Shown piece by piece: positions 9,821 through 19,065 of a stretch of DNA of 64,000 nt. This DNA comes from Alphaproteobacteria bacterium. GTDB lineage: Bacteria; Pseudomonadota; Alphaproteobacteria; UBA11222. Location of the stretch: assembly GCA_038318895.1 (NCBI GenBank), contig JBBQCS010000001.1, positions 9,495 through 73,494 on the forward strand, read 5' to 3'. How positions within the stretch are numbered: the first letter of the stretch is position 1; every line of letters begins with the position of its first letter. The position numbers and the translations under genes were made by a program. Below the pieces are notes generated by a model. That model had not been told where the DNA came from. It worked only from the letters and a program-made list of their open reading frames with translations, and did not search any database.

Positions 9821-10729
9821 GTGGACGCGGACGCACGAGACCAAACAGACGCCGCGCTGTCGCGGCATCTGTTTGCACTGCCGGAGGGCGGGCTGTCCTA
9901 TCTGGACTTTGGCGGCCCGGCCAACGCGCGGCGCGTGGTGATGTCCAACGCCAATGGTTTTAACGCCTATACCTATCGGCAGTTGCTGTCGCCGCTGTGT
10001 GATCGTTTGCGCGTTCAGGCCATAGACGCGCGCGGCCACGGCTTCAGCAACGCCGCCGCCGATCCGGAAATGCCACTGTCCTGGAATAATTTCCGCGATG
10101 ATTTGATCCGCTTTCTGGAGGCGTTGGGAGAGCCCGCATTGCTCGTTGGCCATTCACTTGGCGCGACGACGAGCCTTTTGCTGGCGGAGGCGCGCCCGGA
10201 TCTGGTGACCGGCGTTCTGGCGGTGGAACCGGTTATTCAGCCCTATCTGCGGTCCTGGGGGATGCGCGTCAAACGCTGGCTGCATCTGCCGCATCAGGCG
10301 AATGGTCTGGTCGACGGGGCGGCCAAACGGCGGGCCATATTCCCGGACCGTGATGCAGTGTTCGCTTCCTACAAGGGGCGCGGCGCGTTCAGATCGTGGC
10401 CGGAACAGGTGCTGCGCGATTATATCACCGGTGGTACGCGCGACCGCGCGGATGGGCAGATAGAGCTTGCCTGCGCGCCAGCGTGGGAGGCGCATGTGTT
10501 CCGTTCCAGTGGCACCTATATCTGGGACCGGCTGGCGCGGATCAAGCGGCCCATTACCATCATCCATGGCAATGTGTTTTCAACCTGTTCGGCCCCGGTA
10601 ACCCAACGCATGGCGCGATTGCACCCATCGGCGAAGATCACGCTTGTGGATGGCGCCAGTCATTTTCTGCCGATGGAGTTTCCCGATATTGTGCGCGAAA
10701 ATATACTGCGCATGAGCACGCTGGAATAG
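9821..10729 (+). CDS. Alpha/beta hydrolase
   Basis: GHSLGA nucleophile elbow. GTG start; the N-terminal extent is uncertain. Confidence 0.65.
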   Translation: MDADARDQTDAALSRHLFALPEGGLSYLDFGGPANARRVVMSNANGFNAYTYRQLLSPLCDRLRVQAIDARGHGFSNAAADPEMPLSWNNFRDDLIRFLEALGEPALLVGHSLGATTSLLLAEARPDLVTGVLAVEPVIQPYLRSWGMRVKRWLHLPHQANGLVDGAAKRRAIFPDRDAVFASYKGRGAFRSWPEQVLRDYITGGTRDRADGQIELACAPAWEAHVFRSSGTYIWDRLARIKRPITIIHGNVFSTCSAPVTQRMARLHPSAKITLVDGASHFLPMEFPDIVRENILRMSTLE

Positions 10730-10732
10730 CCG

Positions 10733-12094
10733 CTAATAAGCGAACTCCTCGTAAGCGGGAAGCACACTGCCCTTCCACGGGCCGTGATAACGATCCAGCA
10801 TGATCTCCGCCGGGCTGCGGCCTGATGCCGCCGTTTCAAGCAGTACATCAAGAAAATGCTGTTCATCCTGGCCTGAACCCCCGATACGGGCGCGGGCTTT
10901 CAAACCGGCAGAGGCAATTTTCAGTACTTCAAACGCGACATCCTGCAATGCGCCGCCACGAAAAGGTGTGTGCAGCGCCAGTTTCGGCACACCATCGCGC
11001 AATGCCTGACGTTCCTGCGTGGTCCAGTCCTTTACCAGATCCCACGCCGCATCCAGTGCGCCCTGATCGTACAGCAGACCGACCCACAAAGCGGGCAGGG
11101 CGCACAGGGATCGCCACGGGCCGCCATCGGCGCCTCGCATTTCCAGGAATTTTTTCAGCCGTACTTCTGGAAACAGTGTCGTGAGATGATCAGCCCAGTC
11201 GCCCATGGTTGGCTTTTCACCGGGCAGCGCGGGCAAACGTCCGTCCAGAAAATCGCGGAACGATTGACCGGAAGCATCAATATATTTCCCGTCGCGATAG
11301 ACGAAATACATCGGCACATCCAGTGCGTACTGAACATAACGCTCAAACCCGAAACCGCCGTCAAACACAAAGGGGACCATTCCCGAACGATCCGGATCGG
11401 TGTCCGTCCATACATGGCTGCGGAAGCTCAGATGCCCGTTTGGTTTTCCTTCGGTAAACGGCGAATTGGCGAACAGCGCCGTTGCAAGGGGTTGCAGCGC
11501 CAGAGAGACGCGGAATTTACGCACCATGTCGGCTTCGGATGCGTAATCCAGATTAACTTGCACCGTACACGAACGGTACATCATATCAACGCCGTGATCA
11601 CCGCGTTTGGGCATGTAGTTTGTCATAATGCCATAGCGCCCCTTGGGCATTACCGGAATTTCCGCACGAGTCCAGTTCGGCGTAAAGCCCAGGCCCAGAA
11701 AGCCGATGCCAAGTCCGGTCGCCACTTCGCGCACTTGCTTAAGGTGGGTGTTTACCTCGTCACAGGTCTGATGCAGGGTTTCCAGCGGTGCACCGGACAA
11801 TTCAAACTGCCCGCCCGGTTCCAGACTTATGGCGCCGCCATCCAGCGTGAGTGCGATTATATTTCCCTTTTCCATGACCGGCTGCCAGCCAAAACGCTGC
11901 ATGCCTTCCAGAAGCGCGCGCACTCCTGCCGGGCCTTCATATGGCAGGGTGCTGTGGTCAGTCAGCCGGAACCCGAATTTTTCGTGCTCGGTGCCAATGC
12001 GCCACTGATCTTTGGGCTTGTTGCCGGAAGCAAGATAGTCGACAAGATCTGATTGGTGCTCGATCTGGCCGCTCGCTGATTGTGGTCCCGACAT
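10733..12094 (-). CDS. gshA: Glutamate--cysteine ligase (plant/alphaproteobacterial GCS2 type)
   Basis: 454 aa from the ATG at 12094, which has the SD AGGAAAG 7 nt upstream. The N-terminus [42 protein letters not shown] matches GCS2-family ligases. The ORF track extends to 12172, but that start lacks an RBS. Confidence 0.85.
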   Translation of the reverse strand: MSGPQSASGQIEHQSDLVDYLASGNKPKDQWRIGTEHEKFGFRLTDHSTLPYEGPAGVRALLEGMQRFGWQPVMEKGNIIALTLDGGAISLEPGGQFELSGAPLETLHQTCDEVNTHLKQVREVATGLGIGFLGLGFTPNWTRAEIPVMPKGRYGIMTNYMPKRGDHGVDMMYRSCTVQVNLDYASEADMVRKFRVSLALQPLATALFANSPFTEGKPNGHLSFRSHVWTDTDPDRSGMVPFVFDGGFGFERYVQYALDVPMYFVYRDGKYIDASGQSFRDFLDGRLPALPGEKPTMGDWADHLTTLFPEVRLKKFLEMRGADGGPWRSLCALPALWVGLLYDQGALDAAWDLVKDWTTQERQALRDGVPKLALHTPFRGGALQDVAFEVLKIASAGLKARARIGGSGQDEQHFLDVLLETAASGRSPAEIMLDRYHGPWKGSVLPAYEEFAY

Positions 12095-12244
12095 GGTGCG
12101 TCTTTCCTGGATGTGTTGTTGGCGGCACTCTACACTGGCAGAACGGTCAGTGCTACCATACGCATTCCTCATCGTTCCCCCGTGAACACCCTACTGAGAG
12201 GTTGCATCTAGGAACGCTCCGCCCAAATATGATATGGCGTCTTC

Positions 12245-13159
12245 ATGATAGAGTTTACGGGGAAAAAACAGGCAGGCGCAACTCAGGATGCGCCGGGTAA
12301 TTGGGTAGACTGGTATGCTCCTGCCCGTGTACGGCCTTATCTGCGGCTGGCGCGGCTGGACAGGCCTATCGGCACATGGTTGCTGCTATGGCCATGCTTG
12401 TGGTCGATCGCGCTGGCCTCGGGCGGCGTATGGCTGATGATCGTGTTTGCGCTGGGCGCGGTGGTGATGCGCGGTGCTGGCTGCACCTTTAATGACATTG
12501 TTGACCGTGACCTGGATACGAAAGTAACCCGTACCGCGAACCGTCCATTGCCCAGCGCCGCGGTCAGTGTACCGGCCGCATGGATGTTCCTGGCGTTGCA
12601 ATGCAGCGCAGGTTTGCTGATTTTGCTGTCGCTTAATTCCTTCGCCATTGGCGTCGGGGTGGCGTCCCTGCTGCCGGTGGCGATCTATCCGTTCATGAAA
12701 CGGGTCACTTATTGGCCGCAACTGTTTTTAGGTGTGGCGTTCAATTGGGGCGCGCTGCTGGGCTGGGCCGCGGTAACCGGGGGTCTGGCGGCGCCTGCGA
12801 TCTTGCTCTATCTCGGCGGGATATTCTGGACCCTGGGCTATGACACCATCTATGCCCATCAGGACAAGGACGACGATGCCCTGATCGGAGTCAAATCGAC
12901 GGCGCTGAAATTTGGCGCGCGCAGCAAACCCGCCATTGCCGCATTTTATCTGGGTGCCTTAGGCTTGTTCGCATTGGCGGGATGGGCCGCAGCACCGGGG
13001 TGGGGCTTCTGGCCGCTATTGGGGCTGGCGGGGATGCATCTGGCCTGGCAGGTGATTTCCCTGCAAAGTGATAATCCGGACAATTGCTTACGCCTGTTCC
13101 GAGCCAACCGGGATTTCGGCGCGTTGCTGTTTGTGGCGATTCTGGCAGGCGGGATATAG
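12245..13159 (+). CDS. ubiA: 4-hydroxybenzoate polyprenyltransferase
   Basis: UbiA signature GCTFNDIVDRDLDTKVTRTANRPL with a second Asp-rich motif; about 9 TM helices. Confidence 0.85.
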   Translation: MIEFTGKKQAGATQDAPGNWVDWYAPARVRPYLRLARLDRPIGTWLLLWPCLWSIALASGGVWLMIVFALGAVVMRGAGCTFNDIVDRDLDTKVTRTANRPLPSAAVSVPAAWMFLALQCSAGLLILLSLNSFAIGVGVASLLPVAIYPFMKRVTYWPQLFLGVAFNWGALLGWAAVTGGLAAPAILLYLGGIFWTLGYDTIYAHQDKDDDALIGVKSTALKFGARSKPAIAAFYLGALGLFALAGWAAAPGWGFWPLLGLAGMHLAWQVISLQSDNPDNCLRLFRANRDFGALLFVAILAGGI

Positions 13160-13192
13160 GTAAAATAAAGTAATTATGTGCTATAAAGGGCC

Positions 13193-14155
13193 ATGATTAC
13201 GCCATCAGACTATCTCTCTGCGGAAGAAATTTCGCGCCTGCGCGCCAAATCGCAATGGCGCTCCGTATGGATGGTCGCCCACGTCTGGGGGGTGGTGTTT
13301 GGCGCCATGGCGCTGTTCGCTCTCTGGCCCAACCCCCTGACGTTTATTCTGGCGGTCATGCTGATCGGCGCACGCCAGTTGGGCATGGCGATTTTGGTGC
13401 ATGATGCGGCACACGGCGCGCTGTTTCACAACCGCGCGCTCAATGACCGGGTAAGCAACTGGCTGCTGGGCTACCCGGTGCTGACCGAGACCAAAGCCTA
13501 TCGCGTCTATCATCTTGAGCATCACAAATATGTGCAGCAGCCGAATGATCCGGACATTGGCCTGTCGGCGCCATTTCCCATCACTAAATCCAGTTTCCGC
13601 CGCAAGCTGTGGCGTGACATCACCGGGCGTACCGGGTTTAAGCAACGCGGGGCGCAGATCCGGGCGGCCATCGGTGCGCCGGACATGCCGCTGGCTTCGC
13701 GTATTGCACTGTTCCGCCGCAAGATGGGGGGCATGCTGATCACCAATCTGGTCTTGCTGGGTGGGTTGAGCGCGATTGGATACTGGTATCTGTATCCCCT
13801 GCTATGGGTGTTGCCGCTGCTGACCTATTACCAGGTGATCACGCGCGTTCGTAATATCGCTGAACACGCGGTGGTTCCCGATAATGACGATGATTTTCGC
13901 ACCGCGCGCACCACGCGCGCGAACTGGCTGATGCGTGTTTTCCTGGCGCCCTATTTCGTCAATTATCATCTGGAACATCATCTGATGATGTTCGTTCCCT
14001 GTTACCGGTTGCCGCAGGTGCGTGAATTATTTCTGGCCAAGGGGCATGGCGCGCGCATGGAGTATAAGCCGGATTACCGCTCCGTTCTGGCCCTGGCTAT
14101 TTCGAAACCGGAACCGGCGGCCGATGCAAACGCCACGGGCCGGACCGCCGCCTGA
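13193..14155 (+). CDS. Membrane di-iron fatty-acid-desaturase-family oxygenase (CrtW/Des-like)
   Basis: Three His boxes: HDAAHG, HLEHHKY and YHLEHHLMMFVPCYRLP. The last resembles the C-terminal box of CrtW/DEGS-type enzymes. Four TM helices. Confidence 0.65.
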   Translation: MITPSDYLSAEEISRLRAKSQWRSVWMVAHVWGVVFGAMALFALWPNPLTFILAVMLIGARQLGMAILVHDAAHGALFHNRALNDRVSNWLLGYPVLTETKAYRVYHLEHHKYVQQPNDPDIGLSAPFPITKSSFRRKLWRDITGRTGFKQRGAQIRAAIGAPDMPLASRIALFRRKMGGMLITNLVLLGGLSAIGYWYLYPLLWVLPLLTYYQVITRVRNIAEHAVVPDNDDDFRTARTTRANWLMRVFLAPYFVNYHLEHHLMMFVPCYRLPQVRELFLAKGHGARMEYKPDYRSVLALAISKPEPAADANATGRTAA

Positions 14156-14814
14156 TGGAAACTGTGCTAGGCGATCCGGCGCAATTCATCCTGGATCATA
14201 CTGTACTGACCCAAACGCCGCTGGTTCCTGAAATCAGCCTGTATGTGGCCAGTGAAATGCTCCCGATCTGGCAGATGACGGAAGACGAAATGCGCACAGT
14301 TGGCCTGCCGCCGCCGTTCTGGGCTTTTGCCTGGGCGGGCGGTCAGGCGCTGGCGCGATACATTCTGGACAACCCGGAACTGGTCGCGGGCAAACGGGTG
14401 CTGGACTTTGGCGCGGGTTCAGGTCTTGCGGGAATTGCCGCGGCGCTGGCAGGTGCGGCACAGGTGAGCGCGGCGGAAATAGATCCGATCGCAATCATCG
14501 CGATGGATCTGAATGCGCGCGCCAACACTGTGACCCTTATCGCGCTAGAAGGCGATATTGTCGGCGCGGCGGGGGCTGACTGGGATGTGGTGCTGGCCGC
14601 CGATGTTTGTTATGAGGGGCCCGCCTCCAAACGCATTGTCGCGTGGCTGGATGATCTGGCGCGTACAGGTGTGACGGTGTTGATGGGCGATCCGGGGCGC
14701 ACATATTTTCCGAAATCGGGACATGAAAAACTGATCAGCTATGCGGTTAAAACCACGACCGAACTGGAAGACACGGATTTGCGCAATACTAGTGTATGGC
14801 GCGTGACGGGATGA
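14155..14814 (+). CDS. Class I SAM-dependent methyltransferase (PrmA/METTL20-like protein-lysine methyltransferase fold)
   Basis: The ATG overlaps the desaturase TGA by 1 nt (TGATG). Motif I is VLDFGAGSGLAGIAAALAGA and a DIDP motif is present. The upstream PFWAFAWAGGQALARYIL block recalls METTL20/EtfB-lysine methyltransferase homologues. Confidence 0.6.
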   Translation: METVLGDPAQFILDHTVLTQTPLVPEISLYVASEMLPIWQMTEDEMRTVGLPPPFWAFAWAGGQALARYILDNPELVAGKRVLDFGAGSGLAGIAAALAGAAQVSAAEIDPIAIIAMDLNARANTVTLIALEGDIVGAAGADWDVVLAADVCYEGPASKRIVAWLDDLARTGVTVLMGDPGRTYFPKSGHEKLISYAVKTTTELEDTDLRNTSVWRVTG

Positions 14815-14823
14815 GTGCGCGCC

Positions 14824-16350
14824 ATGGCATATAAATCCCTGCGCGACTTTGTGGCCTTGCTGGAGCGCGAGGGAAAACTGCTGCGCGTGAAAGAGCCGGT
14901 TTCCACCGAGCTGGAAATGACGGAAATTCAGACCCGGCTGCTGGCGGAGGGCGGCCCTGCGGTGCTGTTTGAAAAACCGGTCATCGCCGGGGGCGGCATC
15001 AGTCCGATACCGGTGCTGGTGAATTTGTTCGGCACGGTGGAGCGTGTCGCCATGGCGGTGACGATGGGCAACGTTACGCGGCGTACCGGTCTTGATTTGC
15101 GCGAGGTCGGCGAAACATTGGCGTTCCTGCGTCAGCCGCAACCGCCCGATGGCTTGCGCGAGGCGGTGGGCATGGCGCCATTACTGCGTACGGTGATGAA
15201 TATGCGCCCCAAGACTGTGCGTAGCGCGCCGGTGCAGGAAGTGGTCTTGACTGGCGATGAGATTGATCTGGCGCGCCTGCCGATCCAGACCTGCTGGCCA
15301 AATGAACCCGCACCCTTGATCACCTGGCCGCTGGTGGTGACAAAAGGTCCCGGCGAGAGCGCGGAAGACAGTTATAATCTGGGCATTTACCGTATGCAGG
15401 TGCTGGGGCGTAACCGTACGCTGATGCGCTGGCTGCGGCACAGGGGCGGGGCGCAACATCATGCGCGCTGGGGTGCGGCGCGGCCCGAACCGCTTCCCGC
15501 CGCGGTGGTTATCGGGTCCGATCCCGGCACCATACTGGCGGCGGTGACGCCGGTTCCCGACACGCTGAGCGAATATCAGTTCGCCGGGCTGCTGCGCGGC
15601 GAACGGGTGGAACTGGTGGACTGCAAAACCGTGCCGCTCAAGGTTCCCGCGCAGGCGGAGATCGTGCTGGAAGGTCATGTGTCGCTGACCGATTATGGTG
15701 ATGAAGGCCCATATGGCGATCACACCGGCTATTATAATTCGGTCGAGCAATTTCCGGTGTTCACCCTCAGCGCCATCACCATGCGCCGCGATCCGCTATA
15801 TCTCTCCACTTTCACGGGCCGCCCGCCGGATGAACCCAGCGTTCTGGGCGAGGCACTGAACGAAGTGTTTGTGCCCCTGTTGCAGCAGCAATTTCCCGAG
15901 ATCACGGATTTCTGGCTGCCGCCGGAAGGCTGCTCCTATCGCATCGCGGTGGTGTCGATCCGCAAGGCCTATCCAGGCCACGCAAAGCGGGTGATGATGG
16001 GCATCTGGTCTTATCTGCGCCAGTTCATGTATACAAAATGGGTCATTGTCGTGGACGACGATATCAATATTCGGGACTGGAAAGAGGTGATGTGGGCGAT
16101 TTCCACCCGCATGGACCCGGTGCGCGATATCACCCAGATGCAGAATACGCCGATCGATTATCTGGATTTCGCCAGTCCGGAAAGCGGCCTTGGCGGCAAG
16201 ATTGGTCTGGACGCCACCAATAAATGGCCGCCGGAAACCAAACGGGAATGGGGCACGCAAATCCGCATGACCGACGAGGTGATCGAAACCGTCACTCAAA
16301 AATGGTCGCAATTGGGACTGCCGGGGTCCGGCAAACCGATCTGGAAATAG
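14824..16350 (+). CDS. ubiD: UbiD-family decarboxylase (4-hydroxy-3-polyprenylbenzoate decarboxylase)
   Basis: [22 protein letters not shown] aligns with the E. coli UbiD N-terminus; about 509 aa. The stop of the upstream methyltransferase abuts the start (a GTG at 14815 is also possible). Confidence 0.85.
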   Translation: MAYKSLRDFVALLEREGKLLRVKEPVSTELEMTEIQTRLLAEGGPAVLFEKPVIAGGGISPIPVLVNLFGTVERVAMAVTMGNVTRRTGLDLREVGETLAFLRQPQPPDGLREAVGMAPLLRTVMNMRPKTVRSAPVQEVVLTGDEIDLARLPIQTCWPNEPAPLITWPLVVTKGPGESAEDSYNLGIYRMQVLGRNRTLMRWLRHRGGAQHHARWGAARPEPLPAAVVIGSDPGTILAAVTPVPDTLSEYQFAGLLRGERVELVDCKTVPLKVPAQAEIVLEGHVSLTDYGDEGPYGDHTGYYNSVEQFPVFTLSAITMRRDPLYLSTFTGRPPDEPSVLGEALNEVFVPLLQQQFPEITDFWLPPEGCSYRIAVVSIRKAYPGHAKRVMMGIWSYLRQFMYTKWVIVVDDDINIRDWKEVMWAISTRMDPVRDITQMQNTPIDYLDFASPESGLGGKIGLDATNKWPPETKREWGTQIRMTDEVIETVTQKWSQLGLPGSGKPIWK

Positions 16351-16415
16351 CGGGCGGAACCGGATAGCCTGTAGCGCTAACAATAAAACCAAACGAATCC
16401 CGGGGGATCAAGGAC

Positions 16416-16856
16416 ATGGAAGAAGTTGCAGCGCAAATAACGGAAACGGTGGCGCAGTTGAGTAGCGGCATTATCCCGATATCTACCCTGTATATCGGTC
16501 TCAATGCGCTACTGAATTTAATTCTTGCCATTCTGGTCGTGCGGGTCCGGGTGAAGACGGAAACCCAAATTGGCGATGGCGGCAACGAAGACATGATAAA
16601 GGCGATGCGTGCACACGGTAATAATGTGGAATATGTCCCCATTACCCTGCTGGTGCTGATTGCAGTGGAAATGGCTGCGGCGCCGGTATGGCTGGTACAT
16701 GCGCTTGGCGCCGGGTTGACGGTTGCCCGCGCCGGGCATGCGTTTGGTATTTCAAGCAGTACAGGGCGATCCGTTGGCCGGTTTGCGGGCACCATGCTGG
16801 GCTGGATCGTATTATTGGTGGGCAGCGTTGCCTGCATTTACTACGGGCTTAATTGA
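16416..16856 (+). CDS. MAPEG-family membrane protein (MGST-like glutathione transferase family)
   Basis: 146 aa with 4 TM helices and the MAPEG signature R-A-H-x-N-x-x-E-Y (MRAHGNNVEYVPI). Confidence 0.7.
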   Translation: MEEVAAQITETVAQLSSGIIPISTLYIGLNALLNLILAILVVRVRVKTETQIGDGGNEDMIKAMRAHGNNVEYVPITLLVLIAVEMAAAPVWLVHALGAGLTVARAGHAFGISSSTGRSVGRFAGTMLGWIVLLVGSVACIYYGLN

Positions 16857-16868
16857 CCCCATATATAG

Positions 16869-16900
16869 CCAGACGGACCTTAGGGGCCGTCTGGATTTTT
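16869..16900 (+). terminator. Rho-independent terminator after the MAPEG gene
   Basis: 8-bp stem CCAGACGG / CCGTCTGG around a 10-nt loop, followed by ATTTTT. Confidence 0.55.
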
Positions 16901-16916
16901 GCAGTTAGGAGTACTC

Positions 16917-18287
16917 ATGTCACTGGAAAGCGCCACAGAGCACAAATATGATGAAGCCGCGTTACGCAACCTGGCCGAGGATGTGATCGCACGGGTGCGG
17001 GCGGCCGGGGCGGACGCCGCCGATGTATTGATGGTTGCCGGGGCGTCGCTGTCGGCATCGTGCCGGATGGGAGAGGTTGAAGAGGTTGAGAGGTCCGACG
17101 GCCAGGATTTTGGCCTGCGCGCCTTTGTTGGCAAACGTCAGGCCATTGTGTCTTCCAGCGATTTCAGCAAAACCTCTCTGGATCAGCTGATTACCCGGGT
17201 TGTCGCCATGGCGAGACTTGCTCCCGAAGATGCGTATTGCGGTCTGGCGGAGCGCGATCTGCTGGCCACCACTTTCCCGGATCTGGATATATGTGATCCC
17301 ACCGAGCTGGAAATGCCCGCAATGATTGACGCGGCAAAGCGGGCCGAGAATGCTGCCCGTGGTGTTACCGGTATCACCAATTCCGAAGGTGCGGGAGCCA
17401 GTTGCAGCCACAGCCGCGTGGTGCTGGCCACCAGTGAAGGTTTTTCCGGCAGTTACGCCACGTCGTCCTTTGGCATGTCCTGTTCAGTCCTGGCGGGCGA
17501 GGGCACCGAGATGGAGCGTGACTATGAATATTCGTCCGTGCGCCACTACGAGGATTTGACGGCGCCGGAAGAAATTGGTCTGGTTGCCGCCCAGCGCACC
17601 CTCAGTCGCCTTAATCCGCGTAAAGTGAAAACCCAGCAGGTGCCGGTAATTTATGCGCCGCGCATATCGAACAGTCTTTTGGGGCATTTGGCCGGCTCCA
17701 TATCCGGCGCGGCGGTGGCGCGCGGCACAAGTTTTCTGAAAGACCGGCTGGGAAAGGCGATTTTCGCCAACGGTGTCAGCGTTGTCGATGATCCGCACCG
17801 CCCGCGTGGTTTGCGCTCAAAGCCATTTGATGGTGAAGGCGTGGCGAACGGACGCACCATAGTGATCGAGGACGGGGTTCTGACCGGCTGGCTGCTGGAC
17901 ACTGCGTCGGCCAAACAGTTGGGGTTGCGCAGTAGGGGCCATGCCGCGCGCGGCAGCGGTTCTGCGCCCTCACCCTCCACGACTAATTTTTATATGCAGG
18001 CCGGAAAAACACCGGCGGTTGGTATGATCAGTTCACTGAGTAAAGGTCTGTTCATAACCGAATTGATTGGCATGGGCGTAAACCCGGTGACCGGCGACTA
18101 CAGCCGGGGGGCCACTGGCTTCTGGATTGAAAATGGCCAGTTCACCCACGCTGTCAGCGAGATTACGGTGGCGGGCAATTTGCTGGAAATGTTCATGCAT
18201 CTGACACCGGGGGACGACCTGGAATTCCGGTATGGCATGAATGCGCCCACGATTATGATCGAAGGGATGACGGTCGCAGGTGAGTGA
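16917..18287 (+). CDS. pmbA: TldD/PmbA-family metalloprotease (PmbA/TldE)
   Basis: The ATG at 16917 follows AGGAG with a 6-nt spacer. About 456 aa, with a Gly-rich PmbA C-terminus (GDYSRGATGFWIENG). Confidence 0.8.
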   Translation: MSLESATEHKYDEAALRNLAEDVIARVRAAGADAADVLMVAGASLSASCRMGEVEEVERSDGQDFGLRAFVGKRQAIVSSSDFSKTSLDQLITRVVAMARLAPEDAYCGLAERDLLATTFPDLDICDPTELEMPAMIDAAKRAENAARGVTGITNSEGAGASCSHSRVVLATSEGFSGSYATSSFGMSCSVLAGEGTEMERDYEYSSVRHYEDLTAPEEIGLVAAQRTLSRLNPRKVKTQQVPVIYAPRISNSLLGHLAGSISGAAVARGTSFLKDRLGKAIFANGVSVVDDPHRPRGLRSKPFDGEGVANGRTIVIEDGVLTGWLLDTASAKQLGLRSRGHAARGSGSAPSPSTTNFYMQAGKTPAVGMISSLSKGLFITELIGMGVNPVTGDYSRGATGFWIENGQFTHAVSEITVAGNLLEMFMHLTPGDDLEFRYGMNAPTIMIEGMTVAGE

Positions 18288-19065
18288 CGCGCACGGCGAA
18301 AAACATCACCTTGTTGCGGTACATGCCGCGCGTGAGGCGGGTGCGCTGGCCATGACGTATTTCGGCGCCGATTACGCGAAGTGGGAAAAAAGCAGAGATA
18401 ATCCGGTAACCGAGGCGGACTTTGCGGTTGACCTGCTGTTACGCCAACGTCTGCAGGCCTTCGGCTCCGGCTATGGCTGGCTTTCGGAGGAAAGCGTGGA
18501 CGACAACAGCCGCCGAACCGCGCGCCGGGTCTGGGTTGTTGATCCAATCGACGGCACCCGCGCCTTCATCCGTGGTCAACCGCATTTCGCCGTTTGTATC
18601 GCCTTGTTGGAAGACGGCAGGCCAATTTCCGCCGTGATATTTAATCCGGCGACGGATGAGCTGTTTGAAGCGTCGGAGGGCGGGCCGGCATTGTTGAACG
18701 GTGTGCGAGTTCAGGTAAGCGCGAAAGACAAGCTGCAGGATGCACGCATGCTGGCGTCAAAAGGCGTGTTTCAGCACGAACGCTGGACCAATCCGTGGCC
18801 CGCGATGCATGTGGAATCACGCAATTCCATTGCCTATCAGGTGGCCCTGACGGCGTCGGGACATTTCGACGGCTGTATGAACCTGTGGGGCGCTTATGAT
18901 TGGGATCTGGCGGCTGCGGATTTGATTTTGCGTTCCGCGGGCGGGCATATCACGGACCATACGGGTGCGGCCTTGCGTTTCAATCAGGACACCCTGCGGC
19001 ACCCGAGTATCGTTGCAGCAAACCCGGCGCTGCACGGTTTATTGCTGGAACGGTTGCAAGTATGA
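18280..19065 (+). CDS. Inositol monophosphatase-family phosphatase
   Basis: IMPase motifs WVVDPIDGTRAFIRG and WDLAA; the GTG start overlaps the pmbA end by 8 nt. Confidence 0.8.
   Translation: MSDAHGEKHHLVAVHAAREAGALAMTYFGADYAKWEKSRDNPVTEADFAVDLLLRQRLQAFGSGYGWLSEESVDDNSRRTARRVWVVDPIDGTRAFIRGQPHFAVCIALLEDGRPISAVIFNPATDELFEASEGGPALLNGVRVQVSAKDKLQDARMLASKGVFQHERWTNPWPAMHVESRNSIAYQVALTASGHFDGCMNLWGAYDWDLAAADLILRSAGGHITDHTGAALRFNQDTLRHPSIVAANPALHGLLLERLQV

Noticed and set aside
13193-14155. Desaturase-family protein as carotenoid ketolase CrtW
   Set aside because: The His boxes resemble CrtW, but no crt genes (crtB/I/Y/Z) are in the window and the protein is about 70 aa longer than typical CrtW. 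It is kept as a generic di-iron desaturase-family oxygenase.
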